Shown: positions 1 to 13,177 of the stretch, in pieces
How positions within the stretch are numbered: the first letter of the stretch is position 1
Layout: each line of letters opens with the position of its first letter
Notes under the pieces: generated by a model
Databases searched by the model: none
Seen by the model: only the letters and a program-made list of their open reading frames with translations
Told to the model about the DNA's origin: nothing
From: Octopus sinensis
Taxonomy: Eukaryota
Reading direction: 5' to 3'
Assembly: GCF_006345805.1 (NCBI RefSeq)
Contig: NC_043000.1
Span: 24,180,001-24,244,000, forward strand
DNA: 64,000 nt
Position numbers and translations under genes: made by a program

Positions 1-570
1 AAGGTACAGTTCCTAGCAGGAATAGAATTACCAAATAGAGACTTGATTAAACAAATTGAAACGGAAGGATAGAAATACCTTGGTGTACTAGAGTTCAATG
101 AGATAATGGAAAAGGAAATGAAATAGCAACTAAGAATGGAGTATTTCTTAAGACTGAGGTTGGTGTTGTGCTACAACAATGTGGCAAGAATGAGCCATTG
201 GGAGCTCTGGAAATCACGGCCTACAAAGTGCAAAGATGTGGTATGAGCAAACTCTAGAAGGTGTAACCAAAAATGAGAATTACAAAATCCTGTGGGATAT
301 AATGATCCAGTGTGATCGCCCAACAAGATATTGGAAACCAGACATTGTTGTGGTGAATAAAAATGAAAGAACATTTATAATAATCGACATAGCATGCCCT
401 GGTGACAACAGATTTAATGTGAAAGAAGAGAAAATAAACAACTATGACAATTTGAAGTGGGAAATATGAAGGTTGTGGTCAATGAGGAGAGTAGACGTGA
501 TACCAATAGTAATTAATGCACTTACAAGTATCAACACTCAATTATCAACATAGCTGAAAAAGATCGGTGT
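1..570 (+). mobile_element. R4/Dong-like (RLE-type) non-LTR retrotransposon fragment
   Basis: YKYLGVLEFNEI.., KILWDIMIQCD..KPDIVVVNK..IIDIACPGD..YDNLKWEI (PD..D endonuclease), with stops and an internal deletion. Confidence 0.75.
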
Positions 571-954
571 AAATGGCAGCCAACTCTATCATGTCTTGAT
601 TTATACTCCACAGGTGTTAAGACTTTGCATCCAGCAGTAAGGTTTCTATCATATCATTGCAGAATTGGCATTTTGGATTTCCCTATTTTTCATCACATTG
701 AATTGGTAGTGCTGGGTCAATAAGTTTTGATCTTGAACAGCTAAGATGCAGCCTTTGTTCTCAGCCTTTAGCCCTAAATAGAAAGATTGTCTTTACCTTC
801 CCTGAGCCCATAGAAGTCGAGGCTTGATCCAATTTGAACTCTCCTACGAAACCACCATAATCAGACTGGCCAGATATCTTGAAACAACAAATGACTGAAT
901 GCTAAAGCACATTGAATATCATGAGAGGCATAAGAAGCTTCAAGAAATGTGCCC

Positions 955-1478
955 ATCAATACCCTAACTAGAAAGGGTATGGTCTGGTCAGCCTGTAATG
1001 ATATGCATAAGATCTGGTCATCAAATCTAAGTAGAGATTTCAAACTTAAAATCTTCAAAGCCACAGTCGAACCAATTCTACTATATGGCTCAGAAACCTG
1101 GATATTATCAAAGAAGCTTGAGAGGCGGTTGGATGGAGCCTACACTCGCTTCCTTATAAGAGCTCAAAATCTCTTGTAGAAGCATCATCCAACCAAAGCA
1201 CAAATATATGGGAGATTACCACCTGTATCATCTCTTGTGGAAGGTAGAAGAGTCTAGTTTGCTGGACATTGTTGTAGTGCTGAAAACAAGGTAATTTCTA
1301 CTCTTCTCGTCTGGAAGCCATCTGCTCACGATACCAGAGGGCGCACACTCTCCTACCCTGATGTAATCTCCAGGGATACAGGCATCCAGCAACAGGACCT
1401 CCGTAATGCTATGATGGACCATGAAGTCAGGCGTAACATAGTAAATTCCATTGTCTCGACCACGGTTGAACAATGATG
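955..1478 (+). mobile_element. RTE-like LINE 3' fragment
   Basis: KLKIFKATVEPILLYGSETW..RLDGAYTR..FAGHC..; frame interrupted by stops; ends in tgatga. Confidence 0.7.
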
Positions 1479-1699
1479 AAGATTAGCCTTGAGCTCCATA
1501 GCACTGCTAGTTATGCTTCTGGTCTACATCAGCTTGTTTGCTACAGACCACATATTTGCCAGGCAGAGATTTCTCCTCCTTACTATTAGACAATTGCTTA
1601 TGCATTTTTTTCTTTACCATTAATTTCACATTCTTTGCAACAACAGTTGCCACACTTCCCTCAGATTGTTCAGCCTAGGTATCATGCATGAGATCAAGA

Positions 1700-2160
1700 G
1701 CACATTTCTTGAAGCTTATTATGCCTCTCATGATATTCAATGTGCTTTAGCATTCAGTCATTTGTTGTTTCAAGATATCTGGCCAGTCTCATTGTGGTGG
1801 TTTCGTAGGAGAGTTCAAATTGGATCAAGCCTCGACTTCTATGGGCTCTGGGAAGGTAAAGACAATCCACAAATGCCTTTGGGTGGCACATATTATTACA
1901 ACTCAGTAGCTTGTACGTTTTTCTGTCAATTTTCTTTACTTCATTAATATTTGAGTTCAACACATTGTAGCTATAAGTAACAACTGGATTTGCTAAAGAA
2001 TTTATGGCTAACACCTTGTTATGTGTATTTAGCTCAGATTCCAGGACTGCTTGAACTCTCCTAAAACATTCATTCCTGATCTTCTCTTTCATGCTTGCAT
2101 GCTTAACACCAGAACCTTTATTTATTTGTAGGTATTTGTAGGCTTGTTCATGCTCAATTG
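1700..2160 (-). mobile_element. R4/Dong-like LINE RT C-terminal fragment
   Basis: YKYLQI..NKVLAINSLANPVVTYSY..KKIDRKTYKLL..LYLPRAHRSRGLIQFE; its end is duplicated in inverted orientation at ~785-951. Confidence 0.75.
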
Positions 2161-2379
2161 TTAATCTCTTTATTGCCCACAGGGAGCTAAACATAGAGGG
2201 AACTAACAAGGACAGACAATGGGTTTAAGCCGATTACATTGACCCCAGTGCGTAACTGGTACTTATTTAATTGACCCCGAAAGAATGAAAGGCAAAGTTG
2301 ACCTCAGTGGAATTTGAACTCACAACTTAGCAGCAGATGAAATACCATTAAGCATTTTGCTCGGTCAATTGTATCAACA

Positions 2380-3715
2380 TCTAACAACTGAATTTGTGGT
2401 CTTCAATTTCCCTTTCTGGAAAGTGTACTTTGCACACTTACCAAGATCAAACTTCATCCTAATATCATCACTGAATGCTTTCACAGTGATAAGCCTTGAA
2501 GCACGTTATTGTCTTTGCCATAGAGTTTTAAGTCATTCATATAAAACAGATGGCTTATTTTTGTATCAGATGTGAACATTTTATTTTGCTTATAAAATTT
2601 GTTTCCCTTCTCAGACATTTGTGTCCTTTGAGCTTTTGCTTGGAATATTTGTTTCAGGGTATCATTTATTGATATCAGCTCTTCCCTTGGTGTAAATCCA
2701 TATTTTCTCTTCATCTTTCTTCCTTTCTTGGATTTTGCATCAATTTCACAGATTTGTTAATTTAATATTGATTTCCCACCTCTCATTATTTCAATCTCTT
2801 GTTCAATTTTACCTCTCCAGTTTGGATTTCTTCCCAGGTTTGCTTTCTTTGTTTCTTTTGGATAAATACAACTGGTTTCAATTGCTTTAGCAGATGTGTA
2901 AATAATTTCATTTAATTCAGAAAGATCAGCTTTTAATTCTTGTATGATTTCTTTTGTTACATTTAAAAAAAAATTTTGATTGGTAGTTCAGAGTTTATGA
3001 AGTGTTTCTCTATCATTCATACTTGTATGTCTTATGATTCTTAGCGGATTCAGAATTTTCTGCTTCATTTCCATCATAAACTCTCTGTGTTCTTCAAATA
3101 TTTTGCTCTCTCACTTTCCTGGCTATCTTTTATCAGGTTCATTAGAATTTCTTATTTTTTCAGGCCTTTGTGTGTTTTGGTCAGATGGCAATCTTTCAAT
3201 TAAGACTTGTGGTGGTCTACTCTTTTATCATTGTTGTTATTATTATTATTATTATTATTATTTTCCTTCTTTCTTCAAATTTTCTTCCTTTTCTTGCCAC
3301 GTGTTTTCCGTACACCTAGGGCAAAGAAGCTCATTGTATGCATTCCCAGATTACACACGCAAATTCACAGGTAAAATGTGTATTTAAAAAATTAATGAAT
3401 AAATAAATTCATGAATGGATGCTGTTTTCACAGAGATAATGCTCTTCTCAGTACATGAGCCTTTCCAGTCAACACGATTTTTTGCACTTCCTGTAGGGAT
3501 GGTAAGCCTGGTGTCATTTTCAAATAGGTTTCAGTACCTTTTTTTATCATTCCTAGAGATCCCACAATCACTGGTACTGTAGTAGCCCTGAGATGCCACA
3601 TTTTTTCAATTTCCATTAGCAAGTCCTTATATTTACTAATCTGGTCGAATTCTTTCGCCGCTATATTGTGATCGCAAGGAATACTCATGTCAATTAACAA
3701 GCACATCTTTTTTGT
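2380..3715 (-). mobile_element. Two tandem R4/Dong-like fragments separated and flanked by (TAA)n
   Basis: 3715-3260: CLLIDMSIPCD..KYKDL..PVIVGSLG..AHVLRRAL* plus 3' UTR. 3230-2380: N-terminal region fused to ISHLFYMNDLKLY. (TAA)n at ~3232-3258 and ~3720-3790. Confidence 0.7.
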
Positions 3716-3716
3716 C

Positions 3717-3764
<48 letters not shown>

Positions 3765-5116
3765 CATCATTATTATTATTATTATTATTAAAATTAAAAG
3801 TGGTGAGCTGGAAGAATTGTTAGTATGTCAGACAAATGCTGGGTAGCATTTCCTCTAGCCTTTTATTGAAAATTCTGCCAAGGTTGACTTTGTGTTTCAT
3901 CCTTTCAGCATCAATAAAATATGTACCAGTTGAACACTGGACTCAATGTAATTGACTAACCTTCTCTTTAGAATTGGGGGCTTGATGCCAAAATTTGAAA
4001 ACATTATTAATTTATCTATTTGGTTATTTATTCATTCCATTAAACTTACAATAAAATATTGTCTTACAGATCATGGTGACGGTGAGACAATTCCGAAAGT
4101 TGTATATGGCGATTAACAAAATGCTTCCAGCCCGTGTTAAAATTAAGATATGAGATACAGATTATCCATAAGCTTAATAAGTGCAATGTTTCTTCTCTCT
4201 GTCTTTTACACAGTTTTCTCAGCATCAATATCTCTGAAGTAGCTAGTTACCTTTATTCTCCAACCATCTGACTTGACACACTTTTCTCTTTTTCCTGATA
4301 TATTCTCATCTTATATATATTTATATATGTATATACATACATACATACTTACACACACACACACACACATATATATATACATACATACATACACATATAT
4401 ATATTTAGTTGAAATTTACAGAAAAACAAAAGATGAAGACAAATGTTTGAACAACAAGCAGGTGTATTAGTTTGATGCTCAAGAAAGTGAAAAAGTCTTT
4501 TATATTTCGAGTCTATGCTCTTCAAGAGAAAAGAATGGGAAAATAAACAGAGAAGAATAAAAACTTCTGGATTTAGCGATGTATATATATCATCATCATC
4601 ATCATCATCATTTAGCGTCCGTTTTCCATGCTAGCATGGGTTGGACGGTTCAACTGGGGTCTGGGGAGCCCGAAGGCTGCACCAGGCCAGTCAGATCTGG
4701 CAGTGTTTCTACAGCTGGATGCCCTTCCTAACGCCAACCACTCCGAGAGTGTAGTGGGTGATTTTATGTGCCACCGACACAGGTGCCAGACGAGGCTGGC
4801 AGACGGCCACGCTCGGATGGTGTTTTTATGTGCCACCGACACAGGTGCCAGATGAGGCTGGCGAACGGCCACGATCGGATGGTGTTTGTTACGTGCCCTC
4901 AGCACGGAGGCCAGTCGATGCGGTACTGGCTACGGCCACGTTCGGATGCTTTTCTTGTGTGCCACCGGCACTGGTACCACAAAGATACAAATTCCATTGA
5001 TGTTCATCAATTTCGATTTATGTGTGTGTGTGTGTGTGTGTGTATATATCCCAAAAACTGTTGTTACCTTTGAGCAGTGAGGCATTTCTTAAGTTATCTT
5101 GGGGCAACAAGTTTTA

Positions 5117-5175
5117 GGATCTGATGATATGCCATAAAGCTAAACCCTTTATGGACGGGAAACCTAAGGTAATCC
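5117..5175 (+). ncRNA. Type-I hammerhead ribozyme
   Basis: GGAU-CUGAUGA-uaug-CCAUAAAG-cuaaacc-CUUUAUGG-acgg-GAAAC-CUAAG-GUA^AUCC; core intact, but the base of stem II pairs poorly; near-palindromic stem III ACCU-A-AGGU. Confidence 0.7.
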
Positions 5176-6619
5176 CATAAACTGGTCTTCCCAATTTTTG
5201 ATATATATTGCTCTATATCTTAGAGTGTGCTTCTTTTGGATTTATGTTTTTTACTGTGCTTTCACAGTGATAAGCCTTTAAGCACATTATTGTCTGTGTC
5301 ACAGAGTTTTAAGTCATTCATATAAAATAGATGGCTTATTCTTGCATAAGATATGAACATTTTATTATTTTTTTTTTGCTTATAAATTTTTTTCCCTTCT
5401 CAGATCTTCATATCCATATTACACACAAGTCAAGAGACATGGGATGATAATGCATTTTTTCCCTTCATATTGAAGTGAATTAATTCCAAAATATATTATT
5501 ACTGTCTAACTCTCTGTGAGAGATTTCAAAATGCAATATTTCTAAGTTTGTAGATCAGTGAATTTATTTCACTTGAAATTCTACAGGTTTTCAACAGCGA
5601 GTTAACACCGATGGCTAGCAAGGCCAAGCTACTCCAGACTGATGAAGAGCAACGACCCTGAAATTAATCTCTTGTTGTTGGCTTTGTTGGGTGGAGGTGA
5701 TTATCTCCCCTGTTTGAAAACTTAAGGACACGGAACGCTTGTGTCACATAGCCAACTAGAAACAGTGTTTTTTTTGCACTCAATAGCAGTAGCGTTCTTC
5801 CCTTTTCTGGGACTGTCACATTAAGTTAGCAACAAACCATCACAGTATTACTATCAAATTATTCAAAATACAATAATACACAATGAAAAACAAATTATCA
5901 CAATCAAACTATTTCAAAATACCTTATCACATATTTCTGAGATATCATATCATACATTACTACAATCAAAATATATCATCACCATTGGATTAATGTCCAC
6001 TTTTCCATGCTTGCGTGACAATGAAGACATTTCATATGAGAAATCCTCACAAGGTAAATATTGCATTATTCAACACTCTAACAATACATACATGTTAAGC
6101 TGGGTATAATGATTGCTTTTTGGTAAAAATGCTGCTTCCGTTGCTAAAAATTCAATGTATCACTAGCATTGGAATTTGTCTGGTATACAGTTACTGGATA
6201 TCTGCCACTGAAGAGAAGGAGCATGTCGAAATCATGCAATCTGACAGTCCTAGCACCTGTAGCAGACAATTCTTATCTGCCAGCAATATAGATATGTATG
6301 CTTTTGTGCTCTAAGAATCAATAAGAGAGGCTCTCTCAAGGGAGATAACACAATATTCAGCACTATAACAATGCATTCGTATTAAGCTGGATATTAAGAT
6401 TGTCTTTTGGCATCAATACAGATTCTATTACTAACGATTATCTTATCAAACTCTTCAAAGCCCATAAATCTTTAGTTAAATATATTCAATGAGAATATTA
6501 TATACTGAATTTATATTGAGTGCTCAATTGTATCAAAGTATTAATACTATTAAAGTATTTATATATTTAATACGAATGATTATATACATATATATTTTTT
6601 AATAATATATTATTATTAA

Positions 6620-7080
6620 TATCAGCGACGTGCAACCAAGAGAATACCCTCCATCAGGCATTTGCCATGTTCTGAACGCCTTATTTCCCTGGGCATGGAT
6701 ACATTGAAACTCTGATGTCTGGTAGCTGACTTGGCAGACACCCATAAAATTATTAACCATCATACAAACAATAACTCTGAGCACCTGTTCAAACTCCACC
6801 TGTCTAACACCCGTGGACATGTTTACAAAGTCAGAAAACAGCACAGCTCCCATGACTTTCGGAAACATTTTTTCATGCTAATTGTTGTTGAAGCATGGAA
6901 CAAACTGCTGGCATCAGTTGTTAGTTGTCGGAACACTGCATCCTTCAAAACTTCCAAGCTTTCTGAGATTCGCCAACACTACACCTGATTTTCTCCCCTC
7001 CATACACTGTTCACTTCCCAGACATTTGTATATGCACTTTTGACAAGATGTGGTGTATGTGAGCACTGTATACAATAATT
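6620..7080 (+). mobile_element. CR1-like LINE 3' end
   Basis: [39 protein letters not shown]; a same-family copy lies at ~50425-50790 (-). Confidence 0.75.
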
Positions 7081-7392
7081 TCATTTTTATTATTATTTTA
7101 TTATTTAAAATAAAACAACTTTTTATGTCAAACGTCTAAGATGTCAAATTTTTTTTATGAAGGCAGGAAATATTGAGAAAAAGAGTGGTGTGTGAGAGAG
7201 AAATAATGAAAAAGAAAGTGACAGATGGGGAAATAAACAAAGAGAAACATATATATATATAGAGAGAGAGACAAGGAGAGAGCAAGAGAGAGAATGTATG
7301 TGTGTATGTGTGTATATATATATCAGAATTTTTTGTGTAATAAGATAAAAAAACCAAGGCTGTATAGATATTAGAGCATTTATAGATAGAAG

Positions 7393-7444
7393 GTCTTACA
7401 GCTGTTTCTAGGATATTAATTAATAATATCCCTTCATCGGAGAC
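7393..7444 (-). ncRNA. Type-I hammerhead ribozyme with variant core CCGAUGA
   Basis: GUCU-CCGAUGA-AG-GGAUAUUA-uuaau-UAAUAUCC-UA-GAAAC-AGCU-GUA^AGAC; stem III palindrome ACAGCUGU. Confidence 0.72.
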
Positions 7445-7508
7445 AGTGCACTTATTCAGCATTACCTGACACCTTTGGGCCTCAATGACACCATTATTTC
7501 TTATATAT

Positions 7509-7586
<78 letters not shown>

Positions 7587-8759
7587 AAGAGAGAGGGAGA
7601 GAGAGCATATGATAAGTGAAAGAGAATGAGGAATGAGAGGAAACATAAAATATACAGTGTATGAAGGGAGGTAGAAGTCAATGAACAAAGGATTGTTGTA
7701 AAAAATGGAAAACAACATATCGAAATGTAAACAAAGTTAGTATTTTGGTGACAATATTTTACATAAGACAACTTTTGATGTCAGACTTGAAAGACACTGG
7801 CAGATTTTTTATGAAGAGCAGAGAGAGAGAGGGAGAGAGAGAGAGAGAAAGCATATAATAGATAAAAGAAAATGAGGGATAGGTAGAGAAGTAAAATATA
7901 CAGAGTTTGATGGGAGGCAAAAGGAGAAGATAAAATGCATGTTGAAGATAAGAGAGTGGGAAGAGAATTGCATATAAACCCACAAGCTTTGGAATATATA
8001 CATACAGTTCTGGCAGGTACATCATGACACATCTTGAAGGCTAGGCTTTTGCAATCCAAGAAGAGCAGATGGCTACAAAATAACCCAACGAACAAATGAA
8101 ACAGCAAAATCCATAAAACTGCAAGATGCACTCTTTGTGGAGGATGTAATACATGTAACCAGAATCTGTGCACATGTTGATGCCAAAATACCATTTGCAG
8201 AACGATTGCTCTGGGATAAATATAAACAACATCTCTGCAATGAAATGTCTGCATACATATCAGCATAGGCACAGGAGTGGCTGTGTGGTAAGTAGCTTAC
8301 CAACCACATGGTTCTGGGTTCAGTCCCACTGTGTGGCACCTCGGGCAAGTGTCTTCTACTATAGCTTCAGGCTGACCAAAGCCTTGTGAATGGATTTGGT
8401 AGATGGAAACTGAAAGAAGCCCATCATATATATCTATGTGTATGTGTTTGTGCCCCAACATCACTTGACAACTGATTCTGGTGTGTTTACATCCCTGTAA
8501 CTTAGCAGTAAGACAAAGAAGACTGATAGAATAAGCACTAGGCTTACAAAGAATAAATCCTTGACTGAAGGTGGTGTTCCAGCATGGCCACAGTCAAATG
8601 ACTGAAACAAGTAAAAAGAAAAAGAAAAAATAAATGTCTAAGCTACAGTCTGGAAGAAGCTTAGGAAATTTGCGGATTTTACATACACACATGAAACAGG
8701 TAAGAACAAATATGCAAGGCTTTTTTTCTTCAAGTTTAAGTTGAGACATTGCTGGCATA

Positions 8760-9173
8760 ATTTCGTTATATCTATACCCCACAACCCACGGAAATACCCG
8801 AAGTGAAATGCTTTGATTTTGTCGAGTTATATCGAAAGAATGCCGGATCTTTATTCAATACCGAGTTTTGGATATTTCCCTGCCACTCTCGTTGTCATTA
8901 AAGTAGAAACCTTGTAATCAACGACGATATTGTTTACCAATTGCGATATTAAAAACTAATAAATAAATACACAGATTATTTCACAAAACTTAAAAACAAT
9001 GGGACGGTCACATCTAGAACGCGTCTGGCCATAAGACTGCTCGAGTAAGGTCGAGCTGGTGGTGGTGGCAGCGGAGCAAAAAGTTTACTTTCTCCTGGGA
9101 CAAGTTCAAAAAGTAATTTAGAGTTATCGGCCTTGGATCTTGTTTTCGCACCGCCATTGAGAACTGACAAAGA
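8760..9173 (+). promoter_or_regulatory. Probable NitFhit promoter/5' UTR region (non-repetitive, CpG-enriched)
   Basis: Unique sequence with many CG dinucleotides relative to the window, immediately upstream of exon 1. TSS cannot be determined from sequence. Confidence 0.5.
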
Positions 9174-9211
9174 ATGACATTTACCGTGTTTTTCACGCAC
9201 CGCGTAACCAG
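9174..9211 (+). CDS. NitFhit: NitFhit exon 1 ([13 protein letters not shown], start of predicted presequence)
   Basis: ATG with A at -3; strong donor CAG|GTAAGT; phase 2 matches the AG|G TTA start of exon 2. Lies in a CpG-richer island. The link across 24.9 kb is inferred from frame fit only. Confidence 0.7.
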
Positions 9212-10099
9212 GTAAGTGAAACCAGCTGATATCAATTCTCGTGCGACAACCTTGCTAAAAGTATCAATTTAACTTTCAGCATATTAACTATGGTAATTTT
9301 ACACAAGATGTCCTGGAGTCTTGACAATAAAGCTCCCAGGTCTTGTTTCGAAGTAATTATTAACAATATTTGGTTTATTTTTATTTCACCACACGTCGAA
9401 ACTGTTCAAAAGTCAAATGTTAAACCTAAACGGAAACTTGTAAATAACACGTACTTAGATTGTTTATAGGCCACTGTGTGTTTGGTTATAGTATACTTCA
9501 AGGAAATATAACTTTACCTGTGTTTCGCTGATCAGAAAAACAGGAAATAACACAAATGCTTCCCGGTCGTGGCCATCCAGTCGATGTGGCTGTGTGGTAA
9601 GGAGTTTGCTTCTTAACCACATGGTTCAGGATTCAATCTCATTGCATGGTACTTTGTGTTTTCTACTTCGACCAGAGCCTTGTGAGTGGATTTTCTACCG
9701 AATTCACTCACAAATCTTTGTTAGGTCCACTGCTAGTAGAACACACTTGCTCAAGGTGCCACGTAATGTACGCAGGATATATCGTTTGATATAATGTTAC
9801 AATTAAAAGCGATCTATTTATTTTAATATATAAAACTGAGAATGTCTGTCTGTCTGTGTCAATCCCTAAAACTCGAGAACTACCCAACCGATTTCATCCA
9901 AATTTTACACATGCCATACTTGGGGTCCATGCAGTGTCATAGGCCAAACAAATTTTCAGCTTCTTGCCCAATGCGAGCCCAGAGCAATCTCTTATCTCTT
10001 ACACTATTTTAGTAATACGTGTTAAAAGTGAAACAATAACATCTCTTTACTGTAATGTGAGATACTTTTAGTTTAATAGTTTCACTATTAATACTGAAA

Positions 10100-10146
<47 letters not shown>

Positions 10147-10522
10147 ATAAAGATGAGAATGTGTGTGTGTGTCTGTCTGTGTGAATCCATAAAACTCAAG
10201 AATTACACAACCAATTTTATTGAAATTTTACACATGCCTTACTTAGGGTCCAGGTGGTGTCATGGGCCCAAAAAATGTTCAACTTCATGCCTAATGCGAG
10301 CCCAGAGCAATCTCTTATATCTTCCACTATTTCAGTATTACGTGTCAAAAGTGAAACAATAACATTTCTCTATTGTATTGTCAGATACTTTCACTTTAAT
10401 ACTTTCACTATTAAAGTGAAACTAATATCTCACATATATACAGGTGAACATACATATATACATGCATCATATATAATATATATTATGTACATATATATGT
10501 ATACATTTGCACATATGAATGT

Positions 10523-10562
<40 letters not shown>

Positions 10563-13142
10563 GTATATGTAGGAGTGGCTTTGTGGTAAGTAGCTTGCTT
10601 ACCAACCACATTGTTCCGGGTTCAGTTCCACTGCATGGCACCTTGGGCAAGTGTCTTCTACTATAGCCTTGGGCCGACCAATGCCTTGTGAATGGATTGT
10701 GTAGACGGAAACTGAAAGAAACCGGTCGGATAAATATATATATATGTATATGTTTGTGTGTCTNNNNNNNNNNNNNNNNNNNNNNNNNNNNNNNNNNNNN
10801 NNNNNNNNNNNNNNNNNNNNNNNNNNNNNNNNNNNNNNNNNNNNNNNNNNNNNNNNNNNNNNNCTGGCCCCGCGCCGGTGACACGTAAAAGCACCATCCG
10901 TTCGTGGCCGTTTGCCAGCTCTGTCTGGCACCTGTGCAGGTGGCACGTAAAAAGCACCCACTACACTCACGGAGTGGTTGGCGTTAGGAAGGGCATCCAG
11001 CCGCCGTAGAACACTGCCAGATCTGACTGGGCCTGATGAAGCCTTCCAGCTTCACAGACCCCAGTTGAACCGTCCAACCCATGCTAGCATGGAGAACGGA
11101 CGCTAAATGATGATGATGATGATGATGATATATAGAAATTCGGGGTGAGTACTTGATAATTATAAGCACCTGTGTATACCGTTTGGTGGTGTAGGTGGTG
11201 GAGTAAATTGATCAAAATAAAAACATGATGCGAAGGATTCAGCGGTACATATGTTTCGGGCCTTTATTAGACAGCTTTATAACAATGCATAATGTATGTC
11301 TGTGGCCTTCTTCAGCCGCGCACAACAGCTTCCACAAGGACATGTGTTACATCAAAAATTCTTGGTTGGGGATGCAAATCCTCTCATTCGCGTACGACAT
11401 AATGCGGCAACAGCATAGAATTGAAGCGTCCATCTCTTTCTTCTCTCAATGTAGAATGAGGAAATTTGGATGTTGAAGTAATGTAAATAAATAAATACAT
11501 ATTAGACGTGAAGATGGAGGGGGAAGAATCAGGACGAAGGATAAAAATATATAGAAAGTGTAAGTATAGAAAAATATAAAAATGTAGAGTATAAAGATAT
11601 AAAGAGATATAAGGAGATATAAAGGGGATATAAAGAATATAAAGAAATATAAATGAACATAAAGGCATAAGGTTATAAAGTAAAAATAGAAATAGAAATA
11701 AAAGTAAAAAGTAAAAAAGTAAAAGTAGGAATAAAAATGATAAGAATGTAAAAAAATGTAAAAAAATATAAAGATAAGGGATGTATAGAGGTTACGGACC
11801 AAACATGGTGGTCAGGAAATTGATAAAATTTAGTTGTAGAAGCTTTGGGTGTCAAAAAATCAACAGGGTCGTCTGGGGACCTAGTGTATTGTAAATCAGA
11901 GCTGTTGAGCGGTTAATCTAGTTCTTTGAATTAATTGGTCATCTTGTACATACATACCATCATGGATACATACACCCATATACACGCGCACATATATGCG
12001 TGCATACACGGCTCCAAGCATATAAGCATACATACGCACTCACGTGTAAACATGTACATAAACACATATACACCCACACACACGCGCGTATATATACATA
12101 CATACAACAGAATATGCACATATATACACGGACATTATACGTGTACACACCCATACATACATACGTACGTCCATCCTTACATACACATATACAGATGCCC
12201 ACGCGTCCAGGTTTAGATATAAGATATTAAAGGATGTATATAAGAACGTATGTAAAGAATCACGCACTCACGTCTACACGTGCACGCACACACGGCTGTG
12301 TGTCCATATGTGCGTGCACATATACACTTACATACACACACAGAGACATACGCGCGTATAGGTATAGCTATAAGATATTAAAAGATGTATACAACTAGGT
12401 GTAAACATATGCATATAAGAAATCTGCGAAGACATGTAAAAAAATGTAAAGAAATATGTAAGAAATTTAAAAAAATTATTAAAGAAAATTATTAGAGATG
12501 AGTAACGGGGTATGCACATCCAGACGTAGATGTTTACTCGTACATATGTACACATATGTATACGTATACATACGTACACGGACGCACGTATAATCATAAA
12601 GCGGATGCATAGGTAAGTAAATAAGGGATAAGCAAAAAAATAGACATATATAGAGATATAAAGCGATAAGTTAGGGGTAAGAATGAGGGTAAGAATAAAA
12701 ATTAGAAATAAAAGTAAGAAATACAATATAAAAGTTAGAAATGAAATATAAAAATTATAAAAATTATAAGAATTAAAATAAGGGATGAAAATAAAAATAA
12801 GAATAAAGGTAAAGCGAAATAGAATAGGATAAAGCAAAATAAAAATATAATCTGGTAAAGTTTAACATGAGATGAAGGTGGTTGAAAGTTAAAGGTGTGT
12901 GCTAAAGGTGCCCACGTAGGGGCGGGCGGGGGGAACTGAAAATTGGAAGGGTGGGAAGTGGAGTTTGGCGGTGTGCGTTCAACATCCGAGTTAGAAATGT
13001 GAAAGGGTATAGATATAGGGAAATAAAGAGACTAGATAGGCAGGATATAGGTGTAGGAGAAGAAATATGTAGGAAAAAAACATATATGGGAGACAAAATG
13101 TGTATATATAGGAGGAAAATGCAGGGAAATATATATGCACAT

Positions 13143-13177
<35 letters not shown>

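Noticed and set aside
4068-4260. Possible exon of a neighbouring gene (either strand), also ~6190-6315
   Set aside because: Splice-like signals and short open frames exist, but there is no recognisable homology or consistent exon chain.
6208-6240. CUGAAGA..GAAAU motif; also CUGAUGA strings at ~50323, ~58935(-) and ~62935(-)
   Set aside because: No valid stem I, GAAA or NUH arrangement.
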